From NCBI GenBank assembly GCA_963693365.1, contig CAVNZM010000002.1, positions 13,239,615 to 13,303,614 of the forward strand: a DNA stretch of 64,000 nucleotides, in the 5' to 3' direction. Made by a program: the position numbers and the translations under genes. Under the pieces are notes generated by a model. It was not told the DNA's origin and searched no databases. It saw only the letters and a list, made by a program, of their open reading frames with translations. Position 1 is the first letter of the stretch. Each line of letters opens with the position of its first letter. Of this stretch, positions 58,299 through 64,000 are shown one piece after another. Source of the stretch: Amoebidium appalachense. Its lineage: Eukaryota > Protista > Ichthyosporea.

Positions 58299-60006
58299 AT
58301 GCACTGCATCCGCTTAGCCGCTGTCCTAGCGGGCGGCGCGTCTCTCTCCGCCGCCTACAGCCTGCACATCCGCGACGTGCCCCTGGCTGCGGCCCAGTAC
58401 CAGTCGGGCGGCAGCTCGTTTGTCAGCTGTGCCACCGAGGTCGACTGTGCCCAGTACAACCCGGACCCCAAGGGCTCTCCCATCATGCGCTGCAAGCCCC
58501 GCGCAGGCACCACCATGCCCTGCACCGAGGACTACTGCTGCAAGGTCAAGGCCGACCCAAATCCCCCCCCCCACCCCCGGGCCCGGGCCCGACCCTCAGC
58601 CGAGTGGCTCTTCCTTCGTGAGCTGCGCCAGCAAGGTCCGCTGCGACAAGTTCTACAGCGACCCCAAGGGCGCACCTGTGCGCCGTTGCAAGCCTCGTGC
58701 CGGCACCACCATGCCCTGCACCGAGGACTACTGCTGCGAAATCAAGTACGGCGATCTGACCACCACCGTGGTACCTGAGCCCACCGAGACCGAGGAGCCC
58801 ACGCCAACAGACACCACGGTCCCCACCGCCACCGGGGACGAGCCACCGGTGGCGCCGGGCAAGTGTGCCATCAGCGTCAACCAGAAGTGCTACAGCAGCC
58901 TGGCCAAGGCCGTGGCCGCAGCCCCCAGCGGCGCCACGGTCAGCATCAGCAGCGACATCACGGTCGGGGCCGAGGTGGCCTTCAGCAAGTCGCTGACGTT
59001 TGCCGGCACAAAGGGCCAGCCCAAGGTCACGGCCACATTCAGCAAGAAGACGGCCGCCATCCTGCGCCCCACCGGGGACGGCCAGAAGGTGGTCTTGCGC
59101 AACCTGTTCTTTACCAGCACGGGCGGCTATGCATCAGCCCTGCGCACCCTCGAGCTGGGCGAGGACGAGTACCCCAACCCCCCGACCAAGTTCACGGCAA
59201 TGACCATCACCAACTGCGTCTTCCAGGGCTTCCGCCAGCAGGCCCGCGGTGGGTCTGCCGTGTTTGTGGGCATGCCGTCGGCGCTGACCGTTGAGGGCAG
59301 CACGTTCCAGGACAACGTGGTGGAGAACATACCCACCCCCCGCTGGGAGGGTGGCGGAGCCCTGTGGGTGGCCGACCTCGAGGGTCCCGCGGTGCTGCGC
59401 AACAGCGTGTTCCGCAACAACAAGCACCAGTTCCAGCACGGCATGGGCGGCGCCTTCCTGGCCAACTGGGCCGGCAGCGACATCACCATTGACGGCTGCA
59501 CGTTTGAGAACAACGCCGCCAGCGGCGGCGGTGCCGTGTATGTGGGCACCGTGGCCAGCGGCACCACCACCCGGGTCACGGGCAGCAAGTTCAACAAGAA
59601 CAAGGCCACGGAGCTGGGCTGGGGCTCCCGCGGTGGGGCCATGTGGGTGCAGTACGTGGAGGGCACCTTCAAGGTCGACGGCGGCTCGGTCTTCAGCGGC
59701 AACACGGCCAGCCAGGACCGCGGGGCCGCCATTGCCAACAACCAGGTGCACCCGGGCGGTGTGGTCAGCATCAACGGCAAGTTCACCTCAAACACGTGCG
59801 CAAAGGGTGCCGCCGTGTGGGACTCGCTGTCCGGCACGTCTGCGTTTGCAAAGGGGTCCAAGCTCACGATGCAGGGCGGGTGCACGTTCAGCGGCAACAT
59901 GGGCGGTGGCAAGGACCTGCTTGTGCGTCTGGACCAATCATACAACGGCAAGGTCGAGACGCTGTACCAGAGCCAATGGAACGGCCAGACCGTGACCTTC
60001 AAGTAG
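58299..60006 (+). CDS. Second copy of the secreted beta-helix protein, with a +1 frameshift in a C10 run (real or sequencing error)
   Basis: 1708 bp vs 1707 bp. C10 at 58563-58572 vs C9 in the left copy. Otherwise only A/S, A/T and N/K differences near the C-terminus. Confidence 0.8.
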
Positions 60007-60357
60007 GTATGTGGCTGCCTCATGGCGCCCATGTGTATGTATTGACAGAGAGGTAGCAAGTTCGACTGTATAGATATATATAGCGGTGCACTGTGTGCAT
60101 CTGCATTTGCTAAAGAAAAAGATAATATAAACGGTGTACTGTGTGCATCGTGCCTGTTTTTGTTAAAGAAAATAAAACTTGGACTTTCAAAAATACATCT
60201 GTGTTATTCGTATCATGTGCACATTGTGGTCGTCACTCACATATACACCTGTACAAGCGTGGATACGGAGTATTGCGCTCACACATACACACATGCACAC
60301 CCTTGAACACACGCATTCACATGACACGCATTCACATGCACATGTGCATGCACTTGT

Positions 60358-60395
<38 letters not shown>

Positions 60396-60644
60396 CCACA
60401 CACACAACACACACACAACACACAACACGCACACACACACAGCCCCCCACACAAACACGGCAACACTTGGTCCCCCCCCCCCCCCCCCCCCCCCCCTCTC
60501 CCCCCTCTCCCCGCCCCAACACACACACACACACAAACACATACACACGCTGTGACACACACACACACACACAGACACACACATACACACACACACACAC
60601 AGGCACATACACAAACACACACACACAGGCACACACAACTCACA

Positions 60645-60709
<65 letters not shown>

Positions 60710-61418
60710 ACCACGTAGGCACACATGGACAAGGACAAACGCTAGCATGCCACATCAACACGGGTACACCTGATCCAGGGCACACATTCACACCATGCGC
60801 CGTTTATGCACACACATGCACATGTTCACAAAAAAAAAAAAAAACAAGCAACTGTTTTTTTTATATTTTTTACGTGGTGCCCGAATACCGCGCTCTCTTT
60901 GGGTGAGTACCTGCCCCCAAGAGCTTAACAATACTACAATAGCAGTACAGATTGAAAGAGTCGCTGTCACTTCCTTTAAAATGAAGGACAAACATGTGCA
61001 CATAATGCACGCAACCAACACACCAGGGTGCTGTGCTAAGACGCGTGTACATGCACACGTTAGCACCAAGCAGACTGTTTGTCATGTACAGTTTTTTGCA
61101 ACGGTTTTATTCGCGCGATCATAAGTCATTTGTTTGCAAAGGCAGTTGCGTTAGTCAGAATATGCCCTTGATCTCAGATGTTAGAGTCATGAGTTTTACC
61201 GTTATAATCAAAAAGAAAAAATGTTTCCGATTTATTGTTGTCATATTTCATGCAGCCGCCCTTTCGTTGGGTACCAGCCCCAGGACACCGTTTCATAACA
61301 CCGTCTTGTCATACATAATTGTTGGCGGGTGGGTACCGGCCCCACCCCTGATCGTATGTAATCGATCATAATGCGCACACACATAGTGCCCAAGTTGGCT
61401 GACTGCTTCAATGCAACC

Positions 61419-61487
<69 letters not shown>

Positions 61488-61804
61488 AAAAAAAACAAAC
61501 AAAAAAAAAAACAAAAAAAACAAACGGAAGACCGTCACGGGCTCTGCTCAAAAATTCCGATATCAGTCTCAACCCTGCACCGTGTTCTCGTCGAGTATCT
61601 TCATACTTTGTATTGCACACCTGTGATGTGTTTTAACCGAAACCCCCCCCCCCCCCCCCCCCCTCCCCCCTCTCCTACTCCCCCCCCCCCCCCCCCCTCC
61701 CCCAACCAACCAACCAACAAAAAAAAAAAAGAAAAAAAAAATTGCACAAGTCCTACACCATCCACCCTCGACCCATTCCACCGTTCTGGCCTATGCATGC
61801 ACTA

Positions 61805-61862
<58 letters not shown>

Positions 61863-62216
61863 AACCACCACCACCACCCAATCAGGCAACCCATCCACCA
61901 CCACCACAAACGACCCCCCAGGCCCTCCCTCCTCCCCCCCCCCCCCCCCCCTCCCCCCCCCCCTCCCCCGCTGTCTCCCCCCTTCCCCCCCACCAAAAAA
62001 TAAAATCAATATGAAAAGGTCTTATATCATCCCGACCCCTCCCCCCCAGTTCTCGGATTTTCCATATCCCCCCCCCACCCCCCACCCCCCTCCACTTCCC
62101 CCGGGCTCCACTTGGAACATGAGTCCATTGCTCACTGCACGTGGCAGTTGTCCCCCTCCCCTCCACCCCCCTGTGCCTGCTGTTACCCCATCCAGTCAGC
62201 ACACCAACCCCAACAG

Positions 62217-62248
<32 letters not shown>

Positions 62249-62388
62249 TTCCCCCCCCTCCCTCCATCCCCCCCCCCCCCCCCCCCCCCCCCTCCAGTTC
62301 AACCCCCCTTCCCCCCTCCCCCCTCCCCTCCTCCCCCCCCTCCAAACCTTCTCCCCCCACCAGCCCCCCTCCCCGGGGGGTTACGTAC

Positions 62389-63199
62389 CATTGCCTGGAC
62401 TATGCGCCTGACCTGTGCCCGTGTGAGCATGACCTCGTGCCTGCCTGCCTCCTGTCTCTGGTCCTCATTCTCCCCGGCAATCTGCACCCATTCCCATGAG
62501 CCTGCTGTATACGCACATACTCAGATGGCCAGATGTATCCCCCCCCCCCACCCCCCCCCCCCCCCACCCCCCCTCCCCCACCCCCCGCCCCACCACCACC
62601 TCCCCCCCCCCACCCTCCGAAAAAAGCCAGCAGGTAGATCAGCGAAAATATGAACACCAAGTCGACCATACACCAATCTTAATCCCTGCAAATTGAGGCG
62701 GAAAGTCATATGAAACGGAAAACAGCCCCCTCCCCCCTTCCCCCCCCCCCCCCTCCCCCCCCCCCCTCCCCTCCCTACACACACACACACACACACACGC
62801 ACGCACACACCCACACATACACACCTTCCTCCCCCTCCCCCCTTCCCCCTTCTCTCTCCAACCCGCTCTTCCCCTCCCCCCCTCCCTCCCTCCACTCCCC
62901 CCCCCTCCCCCTCCCCTCCCCCCCCCCCCCCCCCCCCCTGGTTCCCCTCACCCCCTTTCCATTCCGTCCTGCCCCGACCGGGCCACCCACCCACTCACCC
63001 TTCTGCATGCGGCCATGTCTGCTGGTTCGGAGGCCACCGGTTCAATGATCTGTTGCAAAGGGAGTTAACAGGTGCACATCAGAAACGTGGAAATAGCGTA
63101 GCAGATAGCGGCCCATTAGTGATTTGATTGAATATTATCTATATGCATGGAGATCATTTTCTAATCCGTGGGATATGCGCTCATGTGCTTCTACGTGCT

Positions 63200-63240
<41 letters not shown>

Positions 63241-63493
63241 CTATGGCGGTGTCTTTTACCCTTCAATATTTGTGTATTATGGGTGTGTGAGTAGACAGCA
63301 AAGGAATTTAAGGGGTGGGGGTGGGTGAGGGCGCGGAGGAGGGGGAGGAGGGGGGAAGGGAGGGCGGGGGGGGGGGGGGGGGGGGGGGGGGGGTGTCCAT
63401 GTGCAGGTGCAGTTTGTACATCGGTGTGTGTGTATTCGTGTGTGCCTTCTCTGTTTATGTTTGTGTGTCTGTACCTGCACACACAGCTGTTAT

Positions 63494-63531
<38 letters not shown>

Positions 63532-63606
63532 CTTTTGTATGCACGTACCCACCTTGATCGTGTCGTCTATGCCGCTGCATGCAAGCACAGGAAGAGTAGG
63601 GTGGCC
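62389..63606 (-). CDS. 3' exons of a DCAF6/DCAF8-like WD40 protein (gene continues beyond the window; last exon unresolved)
   Basis: Exons 63553-63606 GHPTLPVLACSGIDDTIK, 62999-63049 IIEPVASEPADMAACRR and 62389-62481 IAGENEDQRQEAG..; cf. HP.LPVLATSGLD..VKIW.P. Confidence 0.75.
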
Positions 63607-63889
63607 CTGTGATGTCGTGTCAGCTACGGGGTTGAAAAAGAAGAGAAACCGGCACATGTAATGTATTCGTGGGAAGAAATGGGCTGAATGTGCAGGTAAA
63701 TGGGTGTGGACGATAAATACAGCACACCAGATGTGTGCATTACTCACACAGAAACATCTGTGTAAATACATATATGCAGGTGTATGTACGTGCACACACA
63801 CGTGTACTTGAACACACACAAAGAAAACCTGTCCCTCCACCCAACATTCTTCGAAATCGCGGGCAAGCATACCGACATTGCCGTGTACA

Positions 63890-64000
<111 letters not shown>

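Larger units (their letters stand above)
54088..60193. repeat. Large inverted repeat: arms ~54088-56012 and ~58268-60193, ~2.25-kb spacer
   Basis: The arms are reverse complements from ~33 nt before the ATG to just past AATAAA in the 3'UTR. Confidence 0.95.

Noticed and set aside
54224-60059. Long overlapping and antisense ORFs (137-310 aa) over the beta-helix genes
   Set aside because: They are shadow frames caused by strong GC3 bias.
60780-61620. Terminal exon of the DCAF-like gene (candidates starting at ~61620 or ~60910)
   Set aside because: Both have plausible acceptors, but no recognisable motif lets me choose between them.

Overview
Eukaryotic nuclear DNA. Short GC3-rich exons are separated by introns packed with poly-G/C, (CA)n and (GA)n tracts. 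The gene models look holozoan/opisthokont-like, and an ichthyosporean-type protist is my unverified guess. Nearly all ORF-track entries are microsatellite artefacts; the real genes had to be spliced by hand. Intact spliced genes: a 14-exon cystathionine beta-synthase-like protein lacking its PLP-binding motifs (-), a Pho80/PCL-type cyclin (-), tubulin cofactor A (+), an NSUN6-like m5C RNA methyltransferase (-) head-to-head with adenosine kinase (+), and the 3' exons of a DCAF6/8-like WD40 gene (-). The first 11 kb holds decayed or orphan coding pieces: a KDM4-like JmjC pseudogene with an in-frame 165-bp duplication of its metal-binding segment, and an orphan HAD-hydrolase exon. The most striking structure is a ~6.1-kb quasi-palindrome (54088-60193). 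It carries two head-to-head, intronless, near-identical genes for a secreted protein (signal peptide, two 6-Cys repeats, Pro/Thr linker, Pmp-like GGA/FxxN beta-helix). Identity is limited to the transcribed unit, the promoters are homologous but diverged, and one copy is frameshifted in a poly-C run. A SINE-like family with a structured stem, 5'-truncated copies and a poly-C-abutting 3' end occurs 7 times. All family assignments come from recalled motifs, not database searches.
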